From contig NW_021833304.1 in the NCBI RefSeq assembly GCF_006345805.1, positions 1 to 64,000 on the forward strand: a stretch of DNA of 64,000 nucleotides, given 5' to 3'. The position numbers and the translations under genes were made by a program. Positions 26,836 to 41,930 of the stretch are shown piece after piece. This DNA is from Octopus sinensis. Lineage: Eukaryota. Under the pieces are notes generated by a model, which had not been told where the DNA came from, did not search any database, and saw nothing but the letters and a program-made list of their open reading frames with translations. Position 1 is the stretch's first letter. The number at the start of each line of letters is the position of its first letter.

Positions 26836-27169
26836 CATGTGTGTGTTTATGAGTGCATGTATGCGTGTGTGTGTGTTTGTGTGCACATACATATTCTTAC
26901 ATCCTAATAAGAAGTCACAACTTGCTAGCAACACCTGATACAAATGGTTTCTGTTAACCCTCAGATCTCTCAGCGCCATTGGTCCCGGATTAATATCCTC
27001 GGCGTGACACCTGAGCAAATGTCTTCTACCTTAACCTCAGGCTGACCAGATTTTTTGAGTGGATCTGGCAGACGGAAATTGTAAGACGTCCGTCGTATAT
27101 ACATGTATACATACATACATGCATACGTACATACGTACATACGTACATACATACACATACATAAACATA

Positions 27170-27252
<83 letters not shown>

Positions 27253-27451
27253 TATATATACAAAGAGAGAGAGAGAGAGAGAGTGAATATATATATAGAG
27301 AGGGAATAGTATGTATGAAATACTAGTTACTGAATCTCAGCTTTTTTTATCTGCTAGACCACGGGTGTTAAAATTGATGTTATCAAATTAATATCCAATT
27401 TTTCACCCTTGATTTTATATATATAATATTAACATTTGTATGTATACATAT

Positions 27452-27488
<37 letters not shown>

Positions 27489-30400
27489 GTGTGTGTGTGT
27501 GTGTGTGAGTTTGTAGTGTCCTTGACATGTTGGAAACAACCGTCAAATTGTTTTTCAAATATCAGCCCATAATCTGATGCATATACTAGTGTTTGAAGCA
27601 ACAACCAAACTTAAAGAGGGTAACTGGAAATGATGCGTACAATTTCTCTCGAAGCAAATGCTCAGTTACACACACGGGTATATCTGTGAGTCACCGGGTG
27701 GGCTGGCTCCTCCATATGATTGCATGATATGATACAACATCTTGGCATTCCCAATTACCTCAGGTAGTGTAAGTACATAATTGAATTTGTAAATATATAA
27801 TACACATAGCTGTGGCAGGTGTTGCTGGCCGTCTCCAAGCAACCGTGGCATCAGTACTCACACACATACACACACACAAACACATGCACATATATAAACA
27901 CACGTGTGTAGTATGCGAAGTGTATGCGATTATAGATGTAACGTCGGCTGTGTTTGTACTAATGCATTAGATTATATTTTCGTTGTTTAAAGCATGAAGA
28001 TTAACACATCAATAAATTAATTGATAGGATAATCCGGCTCAATTTCAGTATTAAGCAAGCTGTAATTGCAGTTTGCTTGTCTATTGTTATCTACAGCCAG
28101 GTTTAAACCCCGGACAAGCTTATGTCGCTAAAACACCCTCTGGACAATACATACAACATGGAGTTTGTGAAAAGAGAACGATCAAGATTAATAAAGAACA
28201 TACATCACAAGAAGTTTGTAGTTGTAGTCGGCCTGTCTGTTGTAGCTGGAGTTTAGTTTCAAGTCAGCCTTTAGCCAGCAGACTATGGTCAAGTGCATTC
28301 TATCTTCGATTATCTTGTGTGTTCCAGACATATTTTAACCAGGACTTCATTATAAAACTCGTCCTTCAATTTTGATGACGCTACAATTTAATTTATTACA
28401 GCTTTGGCTGTTTTTTTCCAAGAAGTCATGCAGCCAGGTTGAGCTATCCTCGTTGGAAACCCTTGACGAATTCTGCTGTGTAATAATTCCTATTAAAATT
28501 GTCATGATAGTAAGATGAACCTCGATATGGTGCGTTCATAAATATATGACATGCATCCATCATTAAACTGAATGGCTTCTACCAAAATGAATATTTTAGA
28601 TTTTAGATTTATTTTTACCTATCGCAATCAGAAAATATGTGATTAAATTCAAACTAATCAATGAGATTACTAATTAGCATTTAAAAGTTTGAATGACGTC
28701 ATCAATTTATTCAACTGCCATTTCGCTGCATCAGTGCAGATGAAATATGCAAAACACACTGCTGCCAACGTTTGCCTATTCAAATACATATAATCATTAA
28801 CAGTCCAACTCTATGAATTCCTGGCAACTACGCTTAGAGTTGGGTTACGACTAAATCATGAAATACATAAAAATTGAACGTTAATGAAATGGAATTTCTA
28901 GGAAATATAACTGAAGGTGTTGCAATGATCCAATTCTATTGATCACTAATTGAAATGCTAAACACACGAGCTTAATACCACTGAACCATTTGGTTAGTCT
29001 CGGCGCAGTCGGCAAAATCGGTTCTACGAGCCTCCTATATATTCTTTTATAGCTTTTGAATGGGAAAGAAAAAAACGAAAACATTGGAAATTCTCTGTTA
29101 ATTGAATAGGAAAAGAAAGTTAGGAAAGTCTTGAAGAAGAAACTGATTTAATGTTCATTAACAATGATTCCGGATTCTACAGTTGGTTTAGCAATCACAG
29201 TCGATGTGGTTCCTGGAGGAATGATGTAACACAGATCAGTTCATTTCTAACATACTGGAATAATCTTAAAATCTGAGTAGAAGCAGTTCACCATAAAGAA
29301 AAATGTGTCCTCAGTATCTGAAAGTAGGAAACTTCGGAGGCAATTAATACAATCAGTGTTCATGTATAAGTATTTAATTATCGATCAGTTATTGATTTCT
29401 ATTTCAGCCTGGTATAAACATTGAAATCTTATTGAAAGCACAAACGAAAATGCGGTTTGTTTGTTTCTAAAACCGAGTGACCTGAACTTATAGCATACAG
29501 ACCCAGTAAAGAAAATAATGTGGCAACCACTGGGGAAACGATGTTTCCATATCAGCATTAAAAGATTTCTTGGTTAATGTTGAACATAGAACATACATTT
29601 GCTCGTGTGTAACAAATGCACTCACAGTTCTTAGTGAAAGTATTATTTACAACAAACATGATTATCGTATCTATAAATCTGCACCTGAAAGGATGAAGCA
29701 GGCGTCAGCATCATGGGACAGTGTTAATCAATCGAATTCCTTGTATCTGCATCGATATCTACAGACAATAGTTTTTCTTGTTGCCTAAGGAAATTAGTAA
29801 AGTTATCAAATTGTCAAGTTTTCAAGAGAGACATGCACTCTTCTATACAAACACTGTAGTTATTTCATTCTCGTGGGATTTTTCCTTTATTGATCAGAAT
29901 AAAAAAAACATGTTCAGACAGAAGATAATTTCAATTATCAATATTTCAACCAAAGCTCCAAATAAACAAGTTAAGATGCAGATGGCTCATTTTAGTCTTT
30001 CAAAAACGCACCGAAACTGTTAAATGCTAACAATTCCACTGCAGTGACCCTGTGTCAGTGACCAGGTCGCTGCCAGTGCGACAAAACGTTTGACAACGTG
30101 TAATACATAACTGAGTGAAGTTAGCAACTTCTGTGCATTTGAATGGTTAATATGTATTTTCCACTCAGTAATTCGTTTAGTTTCAACATACAGTCTCAGA
30201 TCAAATCGCTTGCCAGGCACGTACAACTCCAGAAATTCAAATAAACCTTGGTTATAAAACTCTAACTGCTTTAGACGTAGAAAGAAAAGAACAGTGCAAT
30301 CAAATAAAAAGATTTTTTATGCTTGGTTATCGATCTAACTTAAGGTCAAATATGTAGTTGAATACAAGATGGAAGAGAGAATTCCCCAGACGACAATGCT

Positions 30401-31087
30401 CTTCAATTAGAACCCCTCACCGCAGAGCAACAGAGTCAACTTAACCTCCAAACCTACCATCTATGAAAACGTTTCAATATTTAACGATATTGTGACTTAA
30501 GGATAGCAATACTTGCCAAATATTTGACGCAAACAGAAAGAGCAACCCTTGATAGATATGGATTTATGGCGAAAGATGATTGGCCAGTACTGGAATCCAT
30601 GCCATATTTTACGATGTCGACTTCTCTTTATAGGAAGAAGTCCAAAAAGAAGATTATACTCGAAATAAAGGTTTTTACATTCCAAACGTGATATGGATTA
30701 TTGCAATTTTATAATCGCCACGCACAAAAATACAATATGATAGTGACCGAATTCCTATGATATTTACTATAAAAATTGCACGAAATTCTCATTTAAAGGC
30801 GAGGAAATTGGGCATCGATTTTCACTTTTACATGCGGAGAGTTCAGAAATAAGATGCTAGTTACATATGTCTATGAACATAATATACGTGCTGTGTCTTT
30901 TTGTTGTTCGAGGATAAATTGGCTACTATTTCTAGCAAAAGAGACTATGAGTAAGCTGCTAAGCTCTTTTATCTGCACCTAAGGTGGAAGTATTGATATA
31001 TATATATATTCAATAGTTAACGGCTTTTGGACTATGAACCTCACCTCTAGATACCCAATACCTGCATGTCATATTCACGGCTATATA

Positions 31088-31540
31088 AGGCGGTGAGCTG
31101 ACAGAATCGTTAGCACGCTGGGCAAAATGCGTAGCCGTATTTCATCTGCCGTTACGTTCTGAGTTCAAATTCCGCCGAGGTCGACTTTGCCTTTCACTCT
31201 TTCGGGGCCGATTAAATAAGTACCAGTTACGCACTGAGGTTGATGTAATCGACCTAATCCCTTTGTTTGTTCCTTCTATGTTTAGCCCCCTGGGGACAAT
31301 AAAGAAATAAATATTTACTACTGTATAAGGCGACGAGCTGGCAGAATCGTTTGCATGCCGGGCAAAATGCTTAGCGGAATGTTGTCAGTCTTTATGTTCT
31401 GTGTTCAAATTGCGCCGAGGTCAACTTTGCTTTTCCTCCTTCCTGGGGTCAATAAAATATATGCCAGTGAAACACTGGGTTGATGTGATCGACTTTTCCT
31501 CTCACCCGAAATAGCTGGCCTTCTGCCGAAATTTGAAATA
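31088..31540 (+). mobile_element. Two tandem SINE family B copies with different 3' tails
   Basis: Head aggcggtgagctg(a/g)cagaatcgtt, B box gttcaaatt(c/g)cgcc. The first copy ends gtttagccccctggggacaataaagaaataa; the second ends gctggccttctgccgaaatttgaaa. Confidence 0.9.
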
Positions 31541-31986
31541 AATATTTACGGTGACAGACATAAATGTCCCCATCCCTATTATGTTTCAATCAGTTTGATC
31601 TCCTGCCATCCTCTGTTCTAATATTTAGGGATGTATTCGTAGTACCGCACCTGATCCGAACACAGGATCTGTAAGAGCAATAACCCGCGCATTTACTCGT
31701 TCCCCTTATCTCCAGTTTCGATTCTATGTACACGTGTGGTAGTCAAACATCTATTGCCGCTCGAAACATAATGCAGATGTACACGTCAGACTATTCTGAA
31801 AAATTAAAGTCCTATTTACAATAAGAAATCATCTCGGATATTTGATGCGTTTATTCATGTGTTTACCGAACGGAATATGTTTTTGCAATGTATTAAAAAC
31901 TCCAGTTTATTATGGAGATATCTACTACCATAATACGCTCATGTCTCCATAACGTTTGCAACGTTACTCAGTTAACATAACAATAT

Positions 31987-32213
31987 ATTTCTTTACTACC
32001 TACATGGGGCTAAACATAGAGGGGACAAACAAGGACAGACAAAGTGATTAAGTCGATTACATTGACTCCAGTGTGAAACTGGTACTTTATTTATCGACCC
32101 CGAAAGGATGAAAGGCAAAGTCGACCTCGGCAGAATTTGAACTCAGAACGTAACGACAGACGAAATACCGCTAAGCATTTCGCCCGGCGCGCTAACGACT
32201 CTGCCAGCTCAGC
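31987..32213 (-). mobile_element. SINE family B, well-preserved minus-strand copy
   Basis: Reverse complement of 31088-31310. Confidence 0.9.
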
Positions 32214-32597
32214 GAAATCAAACGTTTGCGTTCAAATTCAAGGAGAAAAACAACAGAAATTGTATACCATAACGCGATACGCAAAGTTAGAGAAAAAAAT
32301 TAACGCCCCGCCTTCATACACACACACCCACACACAAAAAGAAAAAAGCCCACGGGGGGTAGGTATTGAACCGATTCGCATAGGTAAGTAGATTTCTTTC
32401 AATTCGTTAAACACTCATTTTAGTTGCAAATGAAAAAGAGGCAAATCAACGAAGTAACAAAACTGGAGCATATTTCCATTTGAAAATGAGATCATTAAAT
32501 GTTAATCTATCCTAATTAGGAACCTACTCGTTCTGAATTTATAAGATAAAGCATGGAAATCTTAGCAACAACTGCAAGAAACGAGGCGAAACAATTA

Positions 32598-32642
32598 CAG
32601 AACACATCTTTCTTTCTTTCGTTCTTTCTTTCTTTGTTTCTT

Positions 32643-32685
<43 letters not shown>

Positions 32686-32706
32686 ATCTATCTATCTATC
32701 TATCTG

Positions 32707-32781
<75 letters not shown>

Positions 32782-32788
32782 ATCTATA

Positions 32789-32831
<43 letters not shown>

Positions 32832-33002
32832 ATATCTATCTATATATCTATGTGTCTGTCCGTCTATCTATCTATTTATATATCTATCTATATATCTATG
32901 TGTCTGTCTATCTATCTATCTACCTACCTATCTATCTGCCTATCTATCCATCTATCTATAAATTTATCTATCTATCTATTTGTCTGTCAGTCTGTCTCTC
33001 TG

Positions 33003-33053
<51 letters not shown>

Positions 33054-33057
33054 ATCC

Positions 33058-33091
<34 letters not shown>

Positions 33092-33113
33092 ATTTCTTTC
33101 TCTCTCTCTCTCG

Positions 33114-33144
<31 letters not shown>

Positions 33145-33150
33145 CTTCTC
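32598..33150. repeat. (CTTT)n-(TCTA)n compound microsatellite
   Basis: Direct read; source of the 217-aa YLSI pseudo-ORF. Confidence 0.95.
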
Positions 33151-34139
33151 ATATATATGCCTATATGTGTGTGTGTGCAGGTGTGTATACGCAGGCACAT
33201 ATTTAGAGAGATCGAGTACTAGGGAAGTATAAGTGCATGTGTCTAACTGTGTGCGTATGCATGCGTGTGCGTGTGTATATGTATCTACGTTTATACCGAA
33301 TATAAAATAAATAATAATAACAATATAATTCGATGCCGAACAATTAAAAGCCCAATTTAAAAAAGACAATTACCATAAATAAGGCGAGCACTCTGTCGAA
33401 ATGTACGTCTGACGTTATATCAAAATACACAGCAATTTATTCTGTGTAAATTGCGAAGAGAAATATGATTCCAGAAGATTAACGCAAGAACGCATCATAA
33501 TGTGTATATATACATATATATATATATAGGGACATTAAGAGAAAAGAGAGACATTACCGTAGTGACACCATATTGAAACACGTCCATGTTCATAGTATGT
33601 GTAAAATGTTTCAGTAATTGAAATTAACGAAAATTATATCAATTTACAATAAAATGATCTCTTTTAAAAAATGAAAAATGCATTTAAATAGATTCATTGA
33701 AATACAATATGATATACGACAAAATTGTTTATAGCAAAGCTAGGTGAAGATAATAAGTGTGCCTCTATGTGGCTGCTTGGCGAGCTAAAAACAGCAGTTA
33801 AATATCTTCGAAATTACAGCCGTACACTTTGGCTGGGTGTGTTGGATGATATATATTGCTAAATAGATAGGTTCTGAAAGAAAAAAATAATTAATTATAA
33901 TAACATGGTATTGCAGTGCTTGGAAGTCTTTAATTAAAAATACTCTCAATCAAAGACGACTCAGAATTTAATAGCAACAACAACAACATCAACAACAACA
34001 GCAACGACAATAATAACAACTACAATGACAATATCGACGATGCTTGCAACAACAGAGTTATAAACTGGAGAACAAAATGCCAGTCTCCAAAACGGAAAGA
34101 ATAAAAGAGACACAATCTACAAATACGCGCAGAGTGTAG

Positions 34140-34849
34140 ATTGAGCTACCCGTTCAGCGTCCAACAATTTCCGACCTGTGGGCTTATGTCGAACCACTGC
34201 TGTCATGTGTGGGACGGGTCGGTTTATCAGCCGAGTCTATCGTCAATATCGTCACGCCTCCTTCCTTCAAACGGTAAAGAAGAGCTATTTTCGTCATCAT
34301 TGTGGCTATGGCGAAGGAATGTATCTGGTGGACGCGTCTGAAAGGATTGGAGACAAACACTTTCCTCTCTAGTCAATTTCTCATCAACTTCTTCAAGTAC
34401 CACTTGAAAAGGAAAGTGAGAGTAGAGAGGCAAGTTTTGTCTAGCGAATGTTTCAAAAAAGATGGGTGAATGTAGCAAGAATGGCACGTATGAATGACGA
34501 GGCCACCTTGAGCATAATCCGAAAAATTTAAAACAGAGGGTTACTTACTTGCAAACAAATGTGTTAACATATGACATTATTGACCGAGGTCTTTTCCGTA
34601 GGCTTTTCTTTCCACGGATAACCAAATCTGCTTCCCCCTTTAAACTTTACATCATGACATTTCTGTGATACACGCTCCCAATTGATCGTTTTTTTCTTTT
34701 TCTTTTCCTTGCATTTTTTCTTCAACTTTATCGTTCCCTTTTGATCGAAAACCTATCCCACCTTTTTTTTTCTTTTCTCCCCATAAAGAAAAGCTCTACT
34801 TTGGAATCTGTCCCGTTTATGTGCAGCCCCTTGTGGCTAATAAAGAAAC
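34140..34849 (+). mobile_element. 5'-truncated Tx1/L1-superfamily LINE: decayed ORF2 C-terminus plus 3' UTR
   Basis: Translates QRPTISDLWAYVEPLLSCVGRVGLSAESIVNI...IVAMAKECIWWTRLKGLETNTFLSSQFLINFFKYHLKRKVRVERQVLSSECFKK, then by frameshift RWVNVARM. This resembles the post-zinc-knuckle tail of Tx1-type ORF2. Ends gcagccccttgtggctaataaagaaac. Confidence 0.7.
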
Positions 34850-36444
34850 ATATATTTGGCAACTTATAAAAATATGAAGGGTACTAAGGCTGGCATGAGG
34901 CCAGCCATTTAAGGAAATAATGAAATTGGCACCAGTAAATACCTAGTACATGTTTTATCAATCTTTAAAAGGGGACAAGGAACGAAGTGCTCGTCATTGC
35001 AAGTAAATACGGCAAGATAGATTAAAAGTTATGTCTACTGATAAAGAAATGCGATATAAAATTATTTTATGGTTCCATGCCAAGATACGGTGTAAATCAA
35101 TAGAAAACTTGTCGAGATAGCTATTAAAAGGGTTTTAATCACACTGCTAACACAGGCAGGACACAGTGTTATCATATAAGCCTTTAATATACTTGGTTGC
35201 ATATTATGATTGCCAACGAAATGTGGTGTCCCTATAATCAATTAGCAATTAAAGGTATTTTGTGAATCTATGGATTATGTTACGGAAAGGAGAGAACCTT
35301 CAAAAAATTCCGGAGTGAGGCCACGTAGGCAGTTTAGTGTTCGACTCTATTCTGCTGCAACCAAGCTGTTATCAAACGTAATGCTCTGTACTCCATTGGA
35401 CTACGTCAGCAAGGCCGAGAGAAGAATCCTGACGATTGGGCTACCCAGGATTTTCTTACATCTAGCCCAGGCCTGCGCAAAACTGAAGAGGACAATATGA
35501 AATGTAAAACCAGACTGGAATATTTTATTTGCAACTCCAATGTCTCCCGAAACAAAAGGATGCCAACACCAACAACAAATATATACATCGGGGTTCTTGC
35601 TTCTTTCAGTTTCCGACCACGAGTTCCTGCCACAAGGCTTTGGTAAGCCCAAGGCTATACGGGGACTCACTTGCTTAAGGATTCGCGCCGTGGGTTTGAA
35701 CCAAGAACAATTTGACTGAAAAGCAAATTTATTTCTACCCATATTTCTGTACATAAACACATATCTGAATTAATGATTCATGTAACGATAATGAGTAATG
35801 TGACGTCATTACCAAACTAAGCGTAGAGTACTCAATACCAGATGAAGGATTAATACCTTGCGGTGTTTTATTATCAACATATCAGTTTAAATTCGACAAT
35901 GGATTGATTTTAACTTTTACCACTCTGGTATCGATAATATTAAGAAACATAATATATTAGCATCAAATAAATATAGAGGAACCCAACTTTTAAAATGGTT
36001 GGACTTGTACTAAAAGAAAGATAATAAAAAATCAATATTTTGCTATCAAGAAAAATATAACAAGAATATCGATGACATTTGTTTGGTTCAATTTTTTCCA
36101 TTTTCATTTTCTATAAACATCCCACAAAATAATATATATATATATGGCGGTGCATGCATGTATGTATTTATGTATGTATATATATGTGTGTATATATACA
36201 TATATGTATGTGTGTGTGTGTGTGTGTAAATTAAAACGATGTAGTCAAAATTTGAATAAAACCTGTTTATTTAGCACGGTCGTCACTTTGAGGAAATCAT
36301 CGTGAATAATTTATTTTATAGAAAATTCATACGTTTTGAGAGTTGAAAAAAATCTGGAGCTGTATTTCACTCTAGATTTTTGAACTGAAACACAAACAGA
36401 CACACACACACACACACACACACACACAACACACACACACATAC

Positions 36445-36483
<39 letters not shown>

Positions 36484-37970
36484 AAAAGGATGAATTTTCT
36501 ATAACAAAAATTATTTATGACGTATCCCTGAAAAAAGCGAAACAGCTAAATAGTTTTTAGCCAGATTCTGACGACCTCCTTTTCCTTAATATTTGAAACC
36601 GGTACACTGCTGCAAATATTCTGTGTATATACTTGCATACATACATACATACATACATATATATATACATACATACATACATACATGCATGCATGCATGC
36701 ATACATACATAAATACATACATACATACATACATGCATACATACATAAATACATACATACATAAATGCATGCATACATGCCTACAAACATACGTAGTACA
36801 AACATACATACATACATGCATACAAACATACAAACATACAAACATACAAACACACAAACGCATCTTTTATCTTTTATTCTTCGCTAATTTTAGTAATTTA
36901 ACTGTGGCCATGCTGGGGCACCACGTGCTAATTTTACTTTGTCGAATGAATGAACTCTTGTACTAATTTTTTTAAAAAGGCAGTTACATATTTTATTGGA
37001 GGCTTTCACTGAACCGCTACATTACAGAGACGTAAACACACGAACACCGGTAGTGAAGCGATAGTTGGAAAGAAACACACACACACACACACAAACATGT
37101 ACATACATATACTACTGGCTTCTCTTCAGTTTCTTTCGACCATGTCCACTAATAAGGCTTTGGTAAGCTCGATGCTATATTATATGATACTTGACCAATG
37201 TGTTACTGAACCGGGTAACATGTGGTTGGGCAATGAACTTCTTGCCACATAGCTACGCCTGCATCTATATAAACGCATACGAGTGTGTGTTTTGCTCTGT
37301 GTGCATTCATCAGTATCAGTGCTTGCGCACACATGTTGTGTGTGTGTGTGTGGTGTGTGTGTGTGTATGAGTGTGTGTGAAGAAGATTGTTACCTAGCTT
37401 AGTTGATAGCAAAAGGGGCTGACTGCTACCTAGCTCAGATATCAGGAAACCCAAAAAATGGCAGAAATTCAAAAACGGAATAGATGCCAAGAAAAGTGCA
37501 ATGCCAACCACCACCACCACCACCACCACCACTACCACCACCACGGTCACCAGCATCATTACATTATCAATATCTTCCTCTTCCTTCTCCTCCCATTCCA
37601 CCTCCTCATCAACAACATTATCACCCCAAGAATCACTAATATTGCTTAAGATGCCACCACCATCCGCCAAGACTTAATTTTTGTTATCAAATACTTTCTC
37701 TTTTTTCTTGTACTATATCCTTAAAGATTATTCAATATCTTTCAACAGCTGGAAATTGAACTTGCAAGGGCCAACAATTATCTGAAGTTTTTTATCGATC
37801 ATTTAATACATCAAAGCCAATCACCAGAGTGTAATCGATACATCAAGAACTGATCGAAAATTTTTGGTGCAATTATAGAACATAATGGACGATCAAATGT
37901 CCATTTTGGCAAGTAAACGAGACCCAGTAGAGGACTTTTCGAATACGCCATCTTGCAAGAGATGTGTGTG

Positions 37971-38001
<31 letters not shown>

Positions 38002-38900
38002 TCACACACACACACACACAAACTCGCGTGCACACACACACACACATCGTAAAGGAATAGGGATTTGTAATCAGGGTAGGTACATTATTACCACGCTGGA
38101 ATAATCCAGATCTGGCTAACCACATCGAATGATAGATCTCTACTGTCATATAACTTGAGTTTGTATGATCGTTCACCTAGACTATATTTTAAGAAGAACT
38201 ATCTAATTCTTGAATCATTAGTTCGCGCTTCATCCACCCAGACTCCATAGGAATGTCTAACTTGGATGACTCTTTACTGCAACTGAATCAACGAAATGGC
38301 CATAAATGCTACATCAAAAGACATGCAGCAGAAACACGTGTCAGGTTAGGATTTTAATGTGAATTTAATGAGAATAATACTATAATAAACAAACTATTAA
38401 CATGTATACTTCTCCATTCTTCTTCATTATGTCTATCTATCTATCTTTCTTTCTATCCATCCATCCATCCAACCATCCGTCTATTTATCTATCTATCTAT
38501 CTATTTATTTAGATTTGTTAATACTTTAAAATCACCGTGTTGTGGCACTACTGGGGTACAGCCTTTAAAGATATAGTTTATTATACTGATCATAGGAATG
38601 AAGTAAATTAGAACATGTCTAATCTGTTTATGAATGAGACTTGTTCCTTCGAGACAAGAGGAGCAGAAAGATCACGAAAAACATCGACTTGTAAATAACA
38701 GTCACACATTTTTGTAACCTCAGTGGTTAAATTTAAAAGGGTAGTTATATAAATGACGCACTCTGTATACATATTGGTACAAGCGCATACTCACTCACTC
38801 ATACTAATGCTCACAAATATACTTGCACATAGTATCAAAAGAATGAGCTTGATCGTCTCTCGGTTTCAACGCTAAGCTACTTTCATATGTCATTCTGCAT

Positions 38901-39120
38901 AAAAAATGGATCTACAAATACAATATCCCTACATATGTTTCATTTATTTTCTTTCCTCCACCACACTCTCTATTTTGTATCCTATCTAAACTATTACTTA
39001 ACCATCCTCTCTGATGAAGAGATATTATTAATAAATATCCTGGAAACAGCTGTAAAGCCTTCTATCTATAAATGTTCTATCTACAGAGCATTGGTTTTTT
39101 ATCGCATTACGCAAAAAATT
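38901..39120 (+). mobile_element. Penelope-like terminal repeat with hammerhead-like core (family P1)
   Basis: CTGATGA 39011-39017, gatatt/aatatc helix, GAAA 39043-39046, palindrome ACAGCTGT, GTA triplet. Collinear with 63651-63870. Confidence 0.6.
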
Positions 39121-40536
39121 CTTATATATAATACATTTGTTTGTTTGTACTCCACCTGCCTTCGTCTTTTGTTTATTTTCGTAAACCTTCCCGTTATATA
39201 TATATATATATATATGTATATACAGAGAGAGAGAGAGAGATTTAAATGTGCATATGAATATATGTTTGTGCATGGACATAAGCAATTTGAAGACCATTGT
39301 TCCATTGTAAACATCCCGACTCGTCACACATATATATAGAGAGAAATTTAGCACATACACTTATATTTATGTCTTCACAACCGCAGGCGCAAACACATCG
39401 CACGTCTATAGGTCCCCAAAGACAAGCAAGCGCGGACGCAGACGCACACCCACCCATCCACACTCACAATCACACATGTTTATTCATTTAGAAAGGATGT
39501 ACAGGCGTTTATGCTTACGCATGGTTCCCCACACATACAAATACATACCTATATACATATACACATAATGCTTTGAAGTATGTTTTCTAAATTTTCTCTG
39601 GTTCATATGCTGGGAATTCCGCCCAAACCTCATTAAGTTGCGATGAAATAAGGTGCCAATAAAGACCCACTTTATTACACATATACTACCGAAAAACAAA
39701 ACAAAACAAAACAAAACAAAAGCCTGGATCAAAAAGGTGTGAGTAGTGCGCTGGATCTGATGTTTCCATATATTGATGTACAGCCTGCTTCTTATTCTAT
39801 GACAATTAACTGAACTGAAGGTTATGTCAACCGATCTGTTATGAGCTGAATCACAAATCACTGCTTTTGAAAAATGTTGATCGATAAGCTAGTAATTCAA
39901 TATTTATATCGTTATTTGCTAGCACGGGGATGATATTTAATATTGTTATTATATTTCCTAATCTTTCTATCCAACAATATTACATATTAAATTAAAAGGT
40001 GTTTGTGTTTGTATTAGAAAACAATATTTTATCCGAGAATGGTAAAATCAAGCATTAAATTTCATTTCCTTTCAGAAATAATTAAATTTCTTCAAGAAAC
40101 ACAATTTACTTGTAACCAAAGAATTTAAAGAATTGAAATCTCAGAATTCATGAGATATTTCGATATGTTCATTGGTTTTCATAATTTTCTATTTTTGTTG
40201 TTGTTCTTTTCGTCATTTTCTCAGAGGAAGAATTACAATACTTATGGTTTTATAAATTTGAAGGTTTTGAAAATTGGAAGGAGAAAGACAGGAAATCATG
40301 CTGGAATAGGAATCATGTCCCAGTTGTTTGCCAAGAATGAGGAACTCTGCTAGAAATAGACAAGGAACACAGAATGGTGTTCAACTGGCGAAAATTTCTG
40401 TAAATTAACATCTCAGAATACACAGCTAACAGTATGTATAAATGTGTGTATTTACGTATGTAGGCATGTATATATATATATAGAGAGAGAGATAACATAT
40501 ATATATATATATTGAGAATAATATATATATAATATA

Positions 40537-40589
<53 letters not shown>

Positions 40590-40625
40590 CCGACGAAGAC
40601 CCATGTTCGAAACATCATTTCTTCT
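40590..40625 (+). ncRNA. Decayed hammerhead-like motif (family P5) directly after (TA)n
   Basis: CCGACGA a GAC ccat GTTC GAAA c atc. Helix II has a mismatch; cat may be CpG-decayed cgt. Confidence 0.3.
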
Positions 40626-40715
40626 TATATCTTTCCATCTGAAACTTTCACAGAATGTCAAATCAATATGTTCAATCTGTAATTTCAATTGGATTCTGTT
40701 ATTTCTTTCCATTTT

Positions 40716-41082
40716 GGTCTGTCTGGTAAGTAGCTTGCTTACCAACCACATGGTTCCGGGTTCATTCCCACTTCGTGGCACCTTGGGCAAGTATCTTGTA
40801 CTATAGCCTCGAGCCGACCAAAGCCTATTGAGTGGATGTGGTATATATATGTATGTATATATATATACATACATATGTGTGTGTGTACGTTTGTGTGTCT
40901 GTGTTTGTCCCCCCAACATCGCTTGACAATCGGTGGTGGGGTGTTTATGTCCCCGTAATTTAGTGGTCCGGCAAAAGAGCCCGATAGAATAAGTACTAGG
41001 CTTAGAAAGAATAAGTCATGGGATCGATTTGCTCGACTAAAGGTAATGCTCTAGCATGGCCGCAGTCAAATGACTGAAAGAA
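40716..41082 (+). mobile_element. Full-length SINE family A
   Basis: Head ggtaagtagcttgcttaccaaccacatggttccgggttcattccc (B box), internal TA/TG microsatellite, tail gcatggccgcagtcaaatgactgaaa. Confidence 0.92.
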
Positions 41083-41129
41083 GTTCGCAGAGTACACACA
41101 CACACACATACACACACACACATATATAC

Positions 41130-41685
41130 ATATGAGAAATCTTGGTACTCTGAGGATCCAAATTGGTAGGTAACGCTATATAAGTGCTATGGAAGGACCG
41201 TAGTTAAACTCTCGATTAGCTAATGATACGAATGAGGAGATTTGTGTGAGCATGTATATGTTAAATAAAAGGAGACAACAAAACCAAGGCTGTGTGGAAT
41301 TTGAAGGACATTTATAAAGCGAAATGCAGTCTTACAGCTGTTTCTGAGATATTAGAGATATCCTTTCATCAGTGACGGTTAAATATAGGGAAATAATCGA
41401 GTTCAGCTTGAGGAGTTATTCTGGAAAATGAAGCAAATAAGGAGTATATAGGGAAATAGGAGAATGAATGTAGAAATAGAAATAAAAATGTATAAAGATA
41501 TTATAGTTGCAGTTCTATGATTCAAGGAAAGTGATTTGTAGAAGTGGTAGAAATGATTCTTGTCCGTGGTACGTAAATTTCAATATCCCAAATATCCCAG
41601 AAACAATTGTAAGACTAACTTCCTCTTTATAAATATCCTGAAAATTCCATACAGCCTTGGCTCTGTTGTCCCATTTTATTTAACA
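41130..41685 (-). mobile_element. Family P1 element with hammerhead-like core and a partial inverted copy
   Basis: Minus strand gtca CTGATGA aa ggatat ctcta atatct ca GAAA cagctg TA agac (41372-41329). Arms 41259-41322 and 41622-41685 are inverted. 41130-41260 is homologous to 62830-63000. Confidence 0.6.
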
Positions 41686-41930
41686 CACACACACACATAA
41701 GTACATATGTATAGTCTTAAGTAGATACACTCATATGTGCCTGCATGCTAATGATAAACTAGACGCGTGCATGTGCAACTGAGAAAGAAAAAGAGAGAGA
41801 GACAGAGAGTGTGATTGAGAGAGAGGAAGATAAATATGTACGAATGAGAGTAAGTGTATGGTGAAATGGGCGTGTAATAGGATGAGAGAAATAGACAGAG
41901 AGTTAGAGAAGCGGACATATAGATAGATAT

